From IMG/VR virus record IMGVR_UViG_3300009108_000480: 64,000 nucleotides of DNA; one strand, given 5' to 3'. Position numbers and translations under genes: made by a program. Within the stretch, counting starts at the first letter, position 1, and the number at the start of each line of letters is the position of its first letter. This DNA is from a virus. Lineage: Duplodnaviria; Caudoviricetes. Positions 18,561-28,482 of the stretch are shown piece after piece. The notes beneath the pieces were generated by a model that was given only the letters and a program-made list of their open reading frames with translations, had not been told where the DNA came from and searched no databases.

Positions 18561-20067
18561 AAGATTAGATTGTGTAATTACATCCTTACCGTTTATGGAA
18601 TATTACTTGCCACCGGCGGCTCCGGCTGTTTTAAAAGGACATTTAGAAAGCAAAGGGTTTACAGTAAGAACACTTGACTTCAACATCACAGTAAAAGAAA
18701 CTTTTGACAGTGACGAGTTACCTTTAGCTTCTGCTTTTTTCCATGAAAACCATGGTATACTAAAATTTGAAAAAAATCTTCATGACAGAATTGATAAACT
18801 AATAAACAGTTGGGTAGATAAACTTCTAGAATTAAATCCACGTTTTATTGCCTTAAGTGTTTTTTCTGTCGACAGCAGAAAAGCCTGTGAAATACTTGTA
18901 GAAAAATTACAAGCAAAAAATCACAATTCAAAAGTGCTTATTGGCGGAATGGGTCTTGGCCACCCAGGTCTTAAAGAAAAATGGATAGACAGTGTCCGTG
19001 ATAAGATTGATTATTACATAATTGGCGAAGGAGAATTAGCTCTGGAAAATCTTTTAAAAGGAAATTACGGTTTCAAAGGCATTAACGGAAAAGTAGAACA
19101 AATAAAAGATTTAAGTAGTTTGGGCGTTGCAGATTATGAAGATTACGATTTGAGTAGGTATGAAACTTTTTACAAAGATAAAAAAGTTGCTCAAATCACA
19201 GGATCACGTGGCTGTATAAGAGCCTGTACATTCTGTGATATTAATACACACTGGCCTTCTTTTACATGGCGTTCAAGTGAAAGTATAGTTTACGAAATTC
19301 AACGTACATATGAAACACACGGTATTACAGATTTTTTCTTTACTGATAGTTTAATAAACGGAAACTTAAAAGTTTATATGCAAATGGTTGAAGCTCTAGC
19401 ACAATTTAACTATAAAACAGATGCTAAAATTACATGGGGTGGACAATGCATTGTTAGAAAAAGTAAAAATTTAAGTAAAGAATATTATCCTTTAACACGA
19501 GACAGTGGTGCATACAATTTAGCACTAGGTATTGAAAGTGGATCAAATGATGTACTTGCACACATGAAAAAAGGTGTTACTAGAGAAGACCTCGATGAAT
19601 ATATGGAAAATTTTGACTTACATGATATAACTTGTTCATACCAAATGATTATAGGCTATCCAACAGAAACTGAAAAAAATTTTCAAGAAACTCTTGATTT
19701 ATTTTATGACCACCAAAAATATGTTGCTTCAGGCACAATACACGGAACATCATTAGGTGCCACTATGGCTATAATTCATACTGGTATTCCGTTGGCGAAG
19801 CACGAAAATGAAATTTTTGTGCGTGATAAAAGTCAAGATTCAAGTTGGGGATGGACTTCAATGGCTGTTCCTAGTTTAGATTGGGAAGAAAGATTAAGAA
19901 GAAGAATGGTTGCACAAGAGGTATGTGATATGTTAAAATGGCCTACTATAAGTGCTGACAGAGAACTTGGACTGATATTAAAAAGACACGAAAACTATCT
20001 ATTATGGAAAAAGGATATTACATTAGAAAATATATTGACGCAACCAGATGTAAGCATACTATCATAA
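18553..20067 (+). CDS. B12-binding radical SAM protein (class B-like)
   Basis: N-terminal cobalamin-binding-like region (PPAAPAVLKGHL, ALSVFS, IGG, GEGE), then GSRGCIRACTFC, GIESGS, IIGYPTET. Likely GTG start at 18553 with GGAGA SD. Confidence 0.88.
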   Translation: MSKRLDCVITSLPFMEYYLPPAAPAVLKGHLESKGFTVRTLDFNITVKETFDSDELPLASAFFHENHGILKFEKNLHDRIDKLINSWVDKLLELNPRFIALSVFSVDSRKACEILVEKLQAKNHNSKVLIGGMGLGHPGLKEKWIDSVRDKIDYYIIGEGELALENLLKGNYGFKGINGKVEQIKDLSSLGVADYEDYDLSRYETFYKDKKVAQITGSRGCIRACTFCDINTHWPSFTWRSSESIVYEIQRTYETHGITDFFFTDSLINGNLKVYMQMVEALAQFNYKTDAKITWGGQCIVRKSKNLSKEYYPLTRDSGAYNLALGIESGSNDVLAHMKKGVTREDLDEYMENFDLHDITCSYQMIIGYPTETEKNFQETLDLFYDHQKYVASGTIHGTSLGATMAIIHTGIPLAKHENEIFVRDKSQDSSWGWTSMAVPSLDWEERLRRRMVAQEVCDMLKWPTISADRELGLILKRHENYLLWKKDITLENILTQPDVSILS

Positions 20068-20567
20068 AATTAAAACTTTTAGGCAGTAAGGGTGCTCGTG
20101 ACTATCCCATGACTAAAATTTGTGTAAATGACAAATCATACTTTCATGACAAGGTTGTAGAAGAACAAATCATTGAATTCACAGTAAATGAATTGCAAAC
20201 CGAGAACATTCTTAGTATTGAGATGACCGACAAATCACCTAAAGACACAGAAGTGAAAAATAGTAAAATTATAAGTGATAAAAAATTACAAATTTGTGAA
20301 ATTAAAATTGACGGCGTGAATATTAGGACTTACATTTTTACAGGAAAACAAAAACCAAAATATCATTACAATAACCAAGGACCTGAAGAAGTTGTTAGCG
20401 AACATTTATTTTTTCAAGGCAAATGGGAATTATATTACGAAAATCCTGCTAGACAATTTTTTGCCAATTTAGTAGGTTCAAAACAAGCAATAAATTCTTC
20501 ATCAAAACAAGCCGTAAAGAACAAATATCTTACAAAATTACAAAATTTATGGACACAGCATTTATAA
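20004..20567 (+). CDS. Hypothetical beta-rich protein (paralog of 51446..52006)
   Basis: TDKSPKDTEVKNSKIISDKKLQICEIKID aligns with TNKTPKQTIVEDGKIVKDQALHIGQITID; start uncertain. Confidence 0.55.
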   Translation: MEKGYYIRKYIDATRCKHTIIKLKLLGSKGARDYPMTKICVNDKSYFHDKVVEEQIIEFTVNELQTENILSIEMTDKSPKDTEVKNSKIISDKKLQICEIKIDGVNIRTYIFTGKQKPKYHYNNQGPEEVVSEHLFFQGKWELYYENPARQFFANLVGSKQAINSSSKQAVKNKYLTKLQNLWTQHL

Positions 20568-21289
20568 TAGGTAATGGCGAGTCACGAAATATATTTCCAA
20601 TTGAAGATTTAAAAAATAAAGGTATTATATACGGATGTAATGCCATATACAGAGATCATCCTAATCTCTGTGATCACATAATAGCCGCTGACAAAGATAT
20701 GTTTGCAGAATTAAAGCAATGGTACGATGAAACAAATCCAAATTTAAAAATATATGGTCCAAATGACCTTAGCAAATGGAGTTATATATGCAAAGACGAC
20801 AAAGAAAGCGATGTACCCAAAGGTTTAAAAATATATAGAATATGGAGAGGTGGTGACATTAAAAAAGGTACAATTCGTACAATGGATTTTTCTCAACAAC
20901 GAGGTTCAGGAATGTCTGCTTTATTATTAGCTACTGAATCAGGAATTAAAAATATTATTATACTTGCTTATGACATACTAGGTGCTCGTCAATGGGAAAT
21001 GGATTCTCCTAGCAGAGAACAAAATAATATATACAAAAATACTTTAAATTATAGTTATAGAATGAGTATGAAAGCATATCTCAAATATGAATGGATGTAT
21101 CAATTAAGACAAATTATTAGACAGTTTCCTAATACTAATTTTCATTTCATTAATCGTAGAGAGTACATCGAAGGTAATCATTTTTTAAGACATTACTTTG
21201 ATCAACCTAATATTAAGGTTGGAATTTATGCTGACTTACGAAGATGGGTAGATGGTTTGCGTGATGATATTCAATGGATGAAATTATAA
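20549..21289 (+). CDS. MptE/DUF115-like protein, paralog 2
   Basis: IIGNGESR..GCNAIYRD..IIAAD..LAYD. Confidence 0.55.
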   Translation: MDTAFIIGNGESRNIFPIEDLKNKGIIYGCNAIYRDHPNLCDHIIAADKDMFAELKQWYDETNPNLKIYGPNDLSKWSYICKDDKESDVPKGLKIYRIWRGGDIKKGTIRTMDFSQQRGSGMSALLLATESGIKNIIILAYDILGARQWEMDSPSREQNNIYKNTLNYSYRMSMKAYLKYEWMYQLRQIIRQFPNTNFHFINRREYIEGNHFLRHYFDQPNIKVGIYADLRRWVDGLRDDIQWMKL

Positions 21290-21562
21290 CGTTTTTGTCG
21301 AACTAGCATCTAACTGATAAATTTTACGCATCTTAAGACCCACTTTTTGAGCAAACTTTTTAGTATCACAATACGAACAAACGTGTTTATAATCATTTGA
21401 TGCTCTTTCTGGATCTACTTGCGATCTAGGTCTTAAAAATGATACTCCACATGAATCACATTTAAAATAATAGATGGTATTTTTACGGTGAAAGGTGTGG
21501 TACATACCCAGTTTAGATTGACGTTCGTATAATCTCATTGTTCTTAAGGTTTCTATGAACAT
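21284..21562 (-). CDS. Small zinc-finger-like protein
   Basis: CDSC...CSYC; has its own TAAATA motif 5 nt upstream (21568-21573, minus strand). Confidence 0.7.
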   Translation of the reverse strand: MFIETLRTMRLYERQSKLGMYHTFHRKNTIYYFKCDSCGVSFLRPRSQVDPERASNDYKHVCSYCDTKKFAQKVGLKMRKIYQLDASSTKTL

Positions 21563-21573
21563 ATAACTATTTA

Positions 21574-21580
21574 ATAAATA
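21574..21580 (+). promoter_or_regulatory. Late-type motif ATAAATA, back-to-back with a minus-strand TAAATA (21568-21573)
   Basis: Upstream of structural gene 21595. Confidence 0.55.
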
Positions 21581-21594
21581 CGTATAAACATAAT

Positions 21595-22446
21595 ATGGCT
21601 AGATTAATAATAGACACAGGAACAGAAGGAAATAGAGCTACAGGCGATACTTTACGTACCGCTATGTCAAAGATCAACGCGAATTTCGTGGAGGTCTACG
21701 ATGATTTAGCCGGGTCTAGTTTGGGTGGATTATTCACAAATAACGCAACAAACGGTGATGTAAAAATACAAGCCAATGGAACGGGTATAGTTGAGATAGA
21801 CAGACTATCAATAAACAACACAACAATTACCTCCATGGACACAAACGCCGACTTAACACTTGCACCAAATGGCACGGGTAGTATTGTAGTATCTGGACCT
21901 TTTCTAGTTGGCACAGGATCAGCGGCAGGCAATATTACATCTAATGGTGCACAAAATATAAAAATTGATACAAACAGTGGAACAAGTTCAAGTTTCATAG
22001 AGATTGTTGATGGCGCCAACGGAAACATTATATTAGAGAATAATGGCTCAGGTGACATTTTGTTAAAAGCAGGTGGTCAAGTGGGTATAGGCGCAGTAAG
22101 TTCACCCGACACTTCATTACACATTAAACAAGCCACTGCAACCATAACACTCCAAAGAACTAACGACAATAACACACCTGGTATAGATTTCCAAAGTAAT
22201 GGCGGTAACGTAAGAGCCAAAATTTTTATGGATGGAAACAATGGAACTAACAAAGAAATAGTTTTCCAAAACATGGATGGAAGTTTAGCAGAAAAATTCA
22301 GAGTTACACTTGGCGGAGCAAAGGTAACAGGACATTTTGCGGCAACTGGTGCCCAAATAGACTTTACAGCACTTCCAACTTCAGATCCGGCAGTAGCAGG
22401 AAGACTTTGGAGAAGTGGTAACGACGTAAAAATTAGCACAGGATAA
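21595..22446 (+). CDS. Baseplate/fibre protein with T4 gp9/gp10-like N-terminus
   Basis: TGDTLRTAMSKINANFVEVY; NGDVKIQANGTG-type repeats. Confidence 0.7.
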   Translation: MARLIIDTGTEGNRATGDTLRTAMSKINANFVEVYDDLAGSSLGGLFTNNATNGDVKIQANGTGIVEIDRLSINNTTITSMDTNADLTLAPNGTGSIVVSGPFLVGTGSAAGNITSNGAQNIKIDTNSGTSSSFIEIVDGANGNIILENNGSGDILLKAGGQVGIGAVSSPDTSLHIKQATATITLQRTNDNNTPGIDFQSNGGNVRAKIFMDGNNGTNKEIVFQNMDGSLAEKFRVTLGGAKVTGHFAATGAQIDFTALPTSDPAVAGRLWRSGNDVKISTG

Positions 22447-22452
22447 TAGATC

Positions 22453-23418
22453 ATGGCAAAATACACAATTAATACAGGTACTAATGCAAATGATGGAACT
22501 GGTGATGATCTAAGAACAGCAATGATCTACATCAATTCTAACTTTACAGAGTTATATGATTCATCTACCCTCGCTTCACAAATTACTATTTCAGGAAATA
22601 AAATTAATGCAAATGCCACTAATGCTGATTTAGTATTAGAACCTTCAGGTACAGGTGCAATTGTTTTACCTGCCATTACTATCGATGATAATGCTATAAC
22701 TGGAACAAGATCAAATGAAAATTTAGTAATTTCTGCATCTGGTACAGGACATATTGTGGTTGGTGCATTAAGAATTAACGGTACAACTATTAGTTCAGAT
22801 GATTCTTCAGCAATTAACTTTGCAGAATCTAATATTACACTAGGTTCAATTAATATTTCAGGTAATGTTATTACTTCTACAGATTCTACAACTATATCTT
22901 TCGGTGGTGAAATTTTAAGCGGTGTTGGAACACCAACTCAAGCTACAGATGTTGCTACAAAAGATTATGTTGATGGTCGAGCAAACAATTTTGGAAATTT
23001 AGAAATAGTAACAGATACTTTACAAAACGTAGTTACAAATAATCACTTAAAATTAGATACACAAGGTACTGGACTTATTCGAATAATGTCAAATGCTTAT
23101 ATAAGTTCAGGTTCTGTTACTGTGACTTCATCAGCCGCTACTGCTATAGATTCTTTTGTAGCGGCAACTTATCGAGGTGCAAAATATGTTGTTTCAGTCA
23201 CTGACACAACAAATTCTAGATACGAAACAGTAGAAATAATAGTAACACACGACGGTTCAACTCCTTACATATCAGTATATGGCAGAGCAGGCAGTACTAC
23301 AACAGATCTTGCAACATTTACAGCAGATGTAAACAGTGGATCTGTTAGAATATTAGTCACAAATGCGGCTGGTAGTTCTACTACCTATAAATTCTTTAGA
23401 ACAATTCTTGCTATATAA
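22453..23418 (+). CDS. Baseplate/fibre protein with T4 gp9/gp10-like N-terminus
   Basis: NDGTGDDLRTAMIYINSNFTELY; NADLVLEPSGTG repeats; C-terminal AKYVVSV domain. Confidence 0.7.
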   Translation: MAKYTINTGTNANDGTGDDLRTAMIYINSNFTELYDSSTLASQITISGNKINANATNADLVLEPSGTGAIVLPAITIDDNAITGTRSNENLVISASGTGHIVVGALRINGTTISSDDSSAINFAESNITLGSINISGNVITSTDSTTISFGGEILSGVGTPTQATDVATKDYVDGRANNFGNLEIVTDTLQNVVTNNHLKLDTQGTGLIRIMSNAYISSGSVTVTSSAATAIDSFVAATYRGAKYVVSVTDTTNSRYETVEIIVTHDGSTPYISVYGRAGSTTTDLATFTADVNSGSVRILVTNAAGSSTTYKFFRTILAI

Positions 23419-23445
23419 ATTTACGTTCGGTTTATAGAATTTCTA

Positions 23446-23452
23446 ATAAATA
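23446..23452 (+). promoter_or_regulatory. Late-type motif ATAAATA with downstream AGGAG SD
   Basis: SD at 23461-23465, ATG 23475. Confidence 0.55.
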
Positions 23453-23474
23453 ATCATATTAGGAGATTTAAAAC

Positions 23475-25094
23475 ATGGCACAACAAACAGTTAGCATAGG
23501 TTCATCAGCAAATGACGGCACCGGTGATCCATTAAGAACAGCATTTACAAAAATTAATGCAAATTTTACAGAATTATACGGCAGTACTGCTGAAGCAAAC
23601 GATTTATTAGAAGATACTTCACCACAATTAGGTGGTAACTTAGATATCAATGGCTGGAATATAACTTCAGCTAGATCAAACGAAAACATTAGAGTTATTC
23701 CTAACGGAACAGGTACAGTAGAACTTGAAGGAAATACTAATGTTACAGGAAATTTAACAGCAACAGGTGATATAGTTGCAAATGGAAATATTAATTTAGG
23801 TAATGCGGCAGGTGACCAAGTTAAAGTAACTGGTGTATTTGAAGCAGACCAATTACAAATTGACGGAACTACATTAACAAGTACAGTTACAAATGGTGAC
23901 ATTACTATTACATCAATGGGTGGAGGTAGTGTTATTGTAGAGGGTATTACTATTCATGATCATACAATTTCTGCAGATCTCACAAACGCAGATTTATTAT
24001 TAGCATCTCAAGGTACTGGCTCAATTTTTGTTGATGCATTAAAAATACGTGGTACAACAATAAATTCAGATGACTCAACAAAAATTACACTAGCAGAAGC
24101 AGTAGATATTACTGGAGCCTTAACTGCGGCAACAAGTTTAACATTGGCAACAGGTGCAACTGTAACAGGTGTACTTGATGAAGATGCTATGGGAACTGAT
24201 TCGGCTACACAATTAGCTACACAACAATCAATCAAAGCATATGCAGACACAAAAGCAGTTCAAACAGGTTCAACTAACAATACTGTCACAACTGTAACAG
24301 GTGCAAATACATTTCAAGGTGAAGCAAACTTAACTTTTGATGGTAGCACACTTGCAGTTACAGGAGCAGGAACATTTAGTACTTCTTTAGGTGTAACAGG
24401 AACACTTACAACGGCAGATATTGCAACAACTGGAACACATACAGTTACAGGCCAATCAGATATTGACTGGGTACGAATTAAAGATAACAAAATTACAACA
24501 AATGCCACAAATGCTAATCTAGAATTTTCAGCAAATGGTACAGGAGTTGTTGATGTACAAAATGCAATGACAACAATTGGCCAAACTGTAACAGGTGTAT
24601 TAACTGTTGATGGTTCGGCGGCTATTGATAATCTTACTATTAATGGAAACACAATTACTGCAACTAGTTCAAATGGTGGTATTGTACTTCAACCAAACGG
24701 TACTGGGACAGTAATGATAAATGGTGATTCGGCTTCAGTGACAGGACGACTAGACGTTTTATCACTAACTATTAATTCTGATATATTCATTGCCGGTGGT
24801 GGTAAAATCCAACCATTGAGCACAAACCAAGATCTTGTTCTTGAAGCAAATGGTACTGGTTCTGTAGTTTTAGATCAAATTTCAATAACAGACAACACAA
24901 TCACAACTCATGTATCAAATGCTGACTTAAAACTTGATACAGACGGTACAGGATATCTTGATATATTAACTGATACACAATCAACAGTAGGTTCGGCAGG
25001 TGGAGCAAGTGCTCTTCCAGGTGCACCAACTGGATATGTTAAAATCAAAATAGGTGGTACATTAAGAGTTATACCATTCTGGGATCAAGCATAA
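23475..25094 (+). CDS. Fibre protein with T4 gp9/gp10-like N-terminus
   Basis: NDGTGDPLRTAFTKINANFTELY; SPQLGGNLD; about 7 N-x-(D/N)-L-x-L-x3-GTG repeats. Confidence 0.72.
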   Translation: MAQQTVSIGSSANDGTGDPLRTAFTKINANFTELYGSTAEANDLLEDTSPQLGGNLDINGWNITSARSNENIRVIPNGTGTVELEGNTNVTGNLTATGDIVANGNINLGNAAGDQVKVTGVFEADQLQIDGTTLTSTVTNGDITITSMGGGSVIVEGITIHDHTISADLTNADLLLASQGTGSIFVDALKIRGTTINSDDSTKITLAEAVDITGALTAATSLTLATGATVTGVLDEDAMGTDSATQLATQQSIKAYADTKAVQTGSTNNTVTTVTGANTFQGEANLTFDGSTLAVTGAGTFSTSLGVTGTLTTADIATTGTHTVTGQSDIDWVRIKDNKITTNATNANLEFSANGTGVVDVQNAMTTIGQTVTGVLTVDGSAAIDNLTINGNTITATSSNGGIVLQPNGTGTVMINGDSASVTGRLDVLSLTINSDIFIAGGGKIQPLSTNQDLVLEANGTGSVVLDQISITDNTITTHVSNADLKLDTDGTGYLDILTDTQSTVGSAGGASALPGAPTGYVKIKIGGTLRVIPFWDQA

Positions 25095-25112
25095 TAACAT
25101 AGCTAAAACTCA

Positions 25113-25119
25113 ATAAATA
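25113..25119 (+). promoter_or_regulatory. Late-type motif ATAAATA with AGGAG SD
   Basis: SD at 25127-25131, ATG 25141. Confidence 0.55.
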
Positions 25120-25140
25120 CTGGTGAAGGAGTAAGTTTTA

Positions 25141-27636
25141 ATGTCAACACCAGTGTGGACAACCACAGCAGGTAAATTAGGTGCTATTAATGAATTAGCA
25201 TCATATTCGCTACAACTAGAAGCGAATACTGCCGATTCTACGGCTGTCACTTACTCCATTATCGCAGGAAGCCTACCAAATGGATTAGAACTTACTTCAA
25301 CAGGTTTACTGCAAGGAACTCCGGTTGAGGTTAGCAAACGAACTTTATATACATTCGTTGTGCGAGCCACAGCCGGAACAAAAATTACAGATAGAACTTT
25401 TAAATTAGACATTAAAGGTGCTGATGCACCAACATTTACAACTGCCACAGGACAATTACAATTAGATGACTCTACATCGGTTGGTTTATACTGGGTAATG
25501 GATGGTTCTAGTATATCTTTTCAAATGCAGGCTACTGATACTGATACAGCGGCAGGACAACAATTAGTTTATGAAGTAATACAAGGTGCATTACCGCCAG
25601 GAGTTACTATGACTAAAACTGGGTTGATATCTGGCGTCGTAGAATTAACAGACGACGAAAGATATGGACCACAAGGTGGATATGCAGAAGATTATGATGA
25701 TTATGTTTATGACAGAACATTATTTTCAAAATCTAGATCAGTAAATTATGATTTTATTATAAGAGTTACTGATGGTGCTTCTTATGTAGAACAAAATAAT
25801 TCAATATTTGTTTATACAGCAGATTATTGGAGAGTATCAAATACAGAAATTCGAGCAGACATGAATACTATCGGAGGAGCAACACTTTCCGTTGATTTTT
25901 CAGCACATAGAAGACCAATATTTAAAACAGCATCTGACCTTGGTACATTTAGACATGATAACGCAGTAGTTATAAAAATTGATGTTGAAGATGTTGATCC
26001 GTTACTAGCAGATTTAACTTATACAATACAATCGGGTTCATTACCATCAGGATTATCAGTTGATAGTAGCAGTGGAGAAATTTACGGAACGTTATCAAGA
26101 CAAGTTGCTACCGAAACCAACTACCAATTTACAATAAGAGCAAATAGAGTTGTTGCAACAGGAACAAATGTGTATACCGATCAAATTTTTATAATGAAAG
26201 TGGTTGGTGAAATTGATATCGGTATTACATTTACCACACCTTCTAATATTGGAACTCTTACAGCAGATATTCCTAGCATATTATCGGTTAGAGCAATAAG
26301 TGACAAAACTGATAGAGTATTATCTTATACAGTTACATCAGGATCATTGCCAACAGGTATAACACTTTCAGAACAAGGAAATTTAATTGGTACAATAGAT
26401 CAAAACAACTTTACAGATTCAACAATAACATATACATTTACAGTAACGGTTAGTGATCAATATCAATCACAAGCAACATCAAAAGAATTTACATTAAACA
26501 TTAATATTCCATTTACTACTATCGAATACGGTAACATGACTGGACATTCTACATCATTTGTTGATCAAAATCTTTTTTATGCAATAGCACAAGATCCAAG
26601 TATTAACTCACCTGCGTATATCTATAGACCAGAGGATACAAATTTTGGAATGAAACAATCTCCGTCAATGTTATTAATGGCTGGACTACAAGCACAAACA
26701 TTAACGGCGTTCCAACAACAAATGGAACAAAATCATGCACCAAAAACTTTATATTTTGGAGATTTAAAAACTGCTGTGGCAAAAGAAGATGGAAAAGTTA
26801 TATATGAGGTTGTATATCTTGATATTAAAGATCCATTAGAAAACAATTCCGGAGAATCAATAGCATCATCAGTTACATTAAGAGATGTAGTAGCAAAACC
26901 TATGTTAGGTCCTCGAGCATCTACAACAGAAGCAACTACTGATATGAATGAATACGAAATTACAACAAATAATGGATTAGCATTTTCAACATCGGGTTCT
27001 AAAGTACGATATGCAAATCAATTATCAGCAGACTTAGATTATATGTCAACTTTATATCCAAATGCTGTGGCAAATATGAGAAGCAGAATGAAATCATTAG
27101 GACATAAAGAATGGACACATTTACCACTTTGGATGAGAACAGCACAAACATCTTCTGGCGTTCCGTTAGGATATGTAAAAGCAGTACCAATTTGTTATTG
27201 TATGCCAGGTATATCAGCATTAATCAAAAAAAGAATTACAGATAAAAATATAAATTTTAAAAACATACATTTTATTGTTGATAGATATCAAATTTCTAAA
27301 AGTAAAATTACCATAAATTCATTTATAGCCGATGGCTCTTCTAGTAGCTTTGATTTAGGAGAAATTGTACACGATGAAGATATTTTAGTAAAAAAAGATG
27401 GTGTTATTGTATATGTTGGTGATAATGTCACAGCAGACAATAATGCATCGCCTACATATCTATCAGCAGATACACAATTAAGATCAGCTGACTTTGAAAA
27501 TGAACTTACATTAACCCATGACACAACAAATATAAAAACTACTGTAATTTTTAACACAGCACCATCAAACGGTACTATAATTACAGTGGATAGAGTAAGC
27601 GATAAATATCTTATATTTAGAAACAAAGGAATTTAA
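25141..27636 (+). CDS. Baseplate wedge-like protein with putative Ig (He_PIG) domains
   Basis: Repeated GSLPNGLELTSTGLLQGTP / GALPPGVTMTKTGLISG / GSLPSGLSVDSSSGEIYG / GSLPTGITLSEQGNLIG units. Confidence 0.7.
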   Translation: MSTPVWTTTAGKLGAINELASYSLQLEANTADSTAVTYSIIAGSLPNGLELTSTGLLQGTPVEVSKRTLYTFVVRATAGTKITDRTFKLDIKGADAPTFTTATGQLQLDDSTSVGLYWVMDGSSISFQMQATDTDTAAGQQLVYEVIQGALPPGVTMTKTGLISGVVELTDDERYGPQGGYAEDYDDYVYDRTLFSKSRSVNYDFIIRVTDGASYVEQNNSIFVYTADYWRVSNTEIRADMNTIGGATLSVDFSAHRRPIFKTASDLGTFRHDNAVVIKIDVEDVDPLLADLTYTIQSGSLPSGLSVDSSSGEIYGTLSRQVATETNYQFTIRANRVVATGTNVYTDQIFIMKVVGEIDIGITFTTPSNIGTLTADIPSILSVRAISDKTDRVLSYTVTSGSLPTGITLSEQGNLIGTIDQNNFTDSTITYTFTVTVSDQYQSQATSKEFTLNINIPFTTIEYGNMTGHSTSFVDQNLFYAIAQDPSINSPAYIYRPEDTNFGMKQSPSMLLMAGLQAQTLTAFQQQMEQNHAPKTLYFGDLKTAVAKEDGKVIYEVVYLDIKDPLENNSGESIASSVTLRDVVAKPMLGPRASTTEATTDMNEYEITTNNGLAFSTSGSKVRYANQLSADLDYMSTLYPNAVANMRSRMKSLGHKEWTHLPLWMRTAQTSSGVPLGYVKAVPICYCMPGISALIKKRITDKNINFKNIHFIVDRYQISKSKITINSFIADGSSSSFDLGEIVHDEDILVKKDGVIVYVGDNVTADNNASPTYLSADTQLRSADFENELTLTHDTTNIKTTVIFNTAPSNGTIITVDRVSDKYLIFRNKGI

Positions 27637-27639
27637 TAA

Positions 27640-28203
27640 ATGGCAAGTAAAATAGTACCAGGTAATGTAGATGGAACTTATCCTACAGCAGGAAAAGACA
27701 ATTCGTCTCAAGGTTTTAGAGACAATTTTACTGCAATTAAAAATAATTTTACTGAAGCAAAAAGTGAAATTGAAGCATTACAAACAAACAAAGCATCACT
27801 AAACGGTTCAAGTGATTTTTCGGACAATGAAGTTCTAAGAGCTAAATTTAAAGACACATCAGAATCGGTATATGCACATGGCACAGCAGGTGGTGACATT
27901 GTTTTAAATCATACAAATGGACATTACCAAACAATAACGTCTAATGCTTCAATTACACTATCTTTTACAAATTGGCCAGCGGCGGCAACAGTAGGAAGAA
28001 TTATTTTAGATATTACATACGGTTCGGTTGCACATACTATTACCATTCCGTCTGCTGTCATAGTAGCTGATAATGTTACAGGTGGTGACGGATCATCAGA
28101 CACAATAACAGCTCCACAAACTGGAAGATACTTGTATGAGTTTCTAAGTTCAGATAATGGAACAACTGTGTTAATGCATCAAGTAGGTAAATTATATACC
28201 TAA
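27640..28203 (+). CDS. Probable virion structural protein
   Basis: YPTAGKDNSSQGFRDNF coiled N-terminus, beta-rich C-terminus; structural gene context. Confidence 0.55.
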   Translation: MASKIVPGNVDGTYPTAGKDNSSQGFRDNFTAIKNNFTEAKSEIEALQTNKASLNGSSDFSDNEVLRAKFKDTSESVYAHGTAGGDIVLNHTNGHYQTITSNASITLSFTNWPAAATVGRIILDITYGSVAHTITIPSAVIVADNVTGGDGSSDTITAPQTGRYLYEFLSSDNGTTVLMHQVGKLYT

Positions 28204-28215
28204 TAGGAGGTAATA

Positions 28216-28470
28216 ATGTATTTTCATCCTTTACAAGAAGATCTCTTAAAACTGTCTGATATTGATATTAATAAACGAATAAAAGAACTTTCACGAAAAG
28301 TTGGAATAGCTAGACGAGTTGGCCGCAATCCTGATATCCTGTATAAACTTCAAGAAGCACTTGATACCTATAAAACCGAAATCCGAAACCGAAGACTTGA
28401 ACAATGGCATAAAAATCATAAAAAAGCTAGAGGTGAACCAGATTTAGGAGACTTGGTCAACATTGAGTAG
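28216..28470 (+). CDS. Hypothetical protein
   Basis: Strong AGGAGG SD. Confidence 0.65.
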   Translation: MYFHPLQEDLLKLSDIDINKRIKELSRKVGIARRVGRNPDILYKLQEALDTYKTEIRNRRLEQWHKNHKKARGEPDLGDLVNIE

Positions 28471-28482
28471 TAAGTATGTTTA

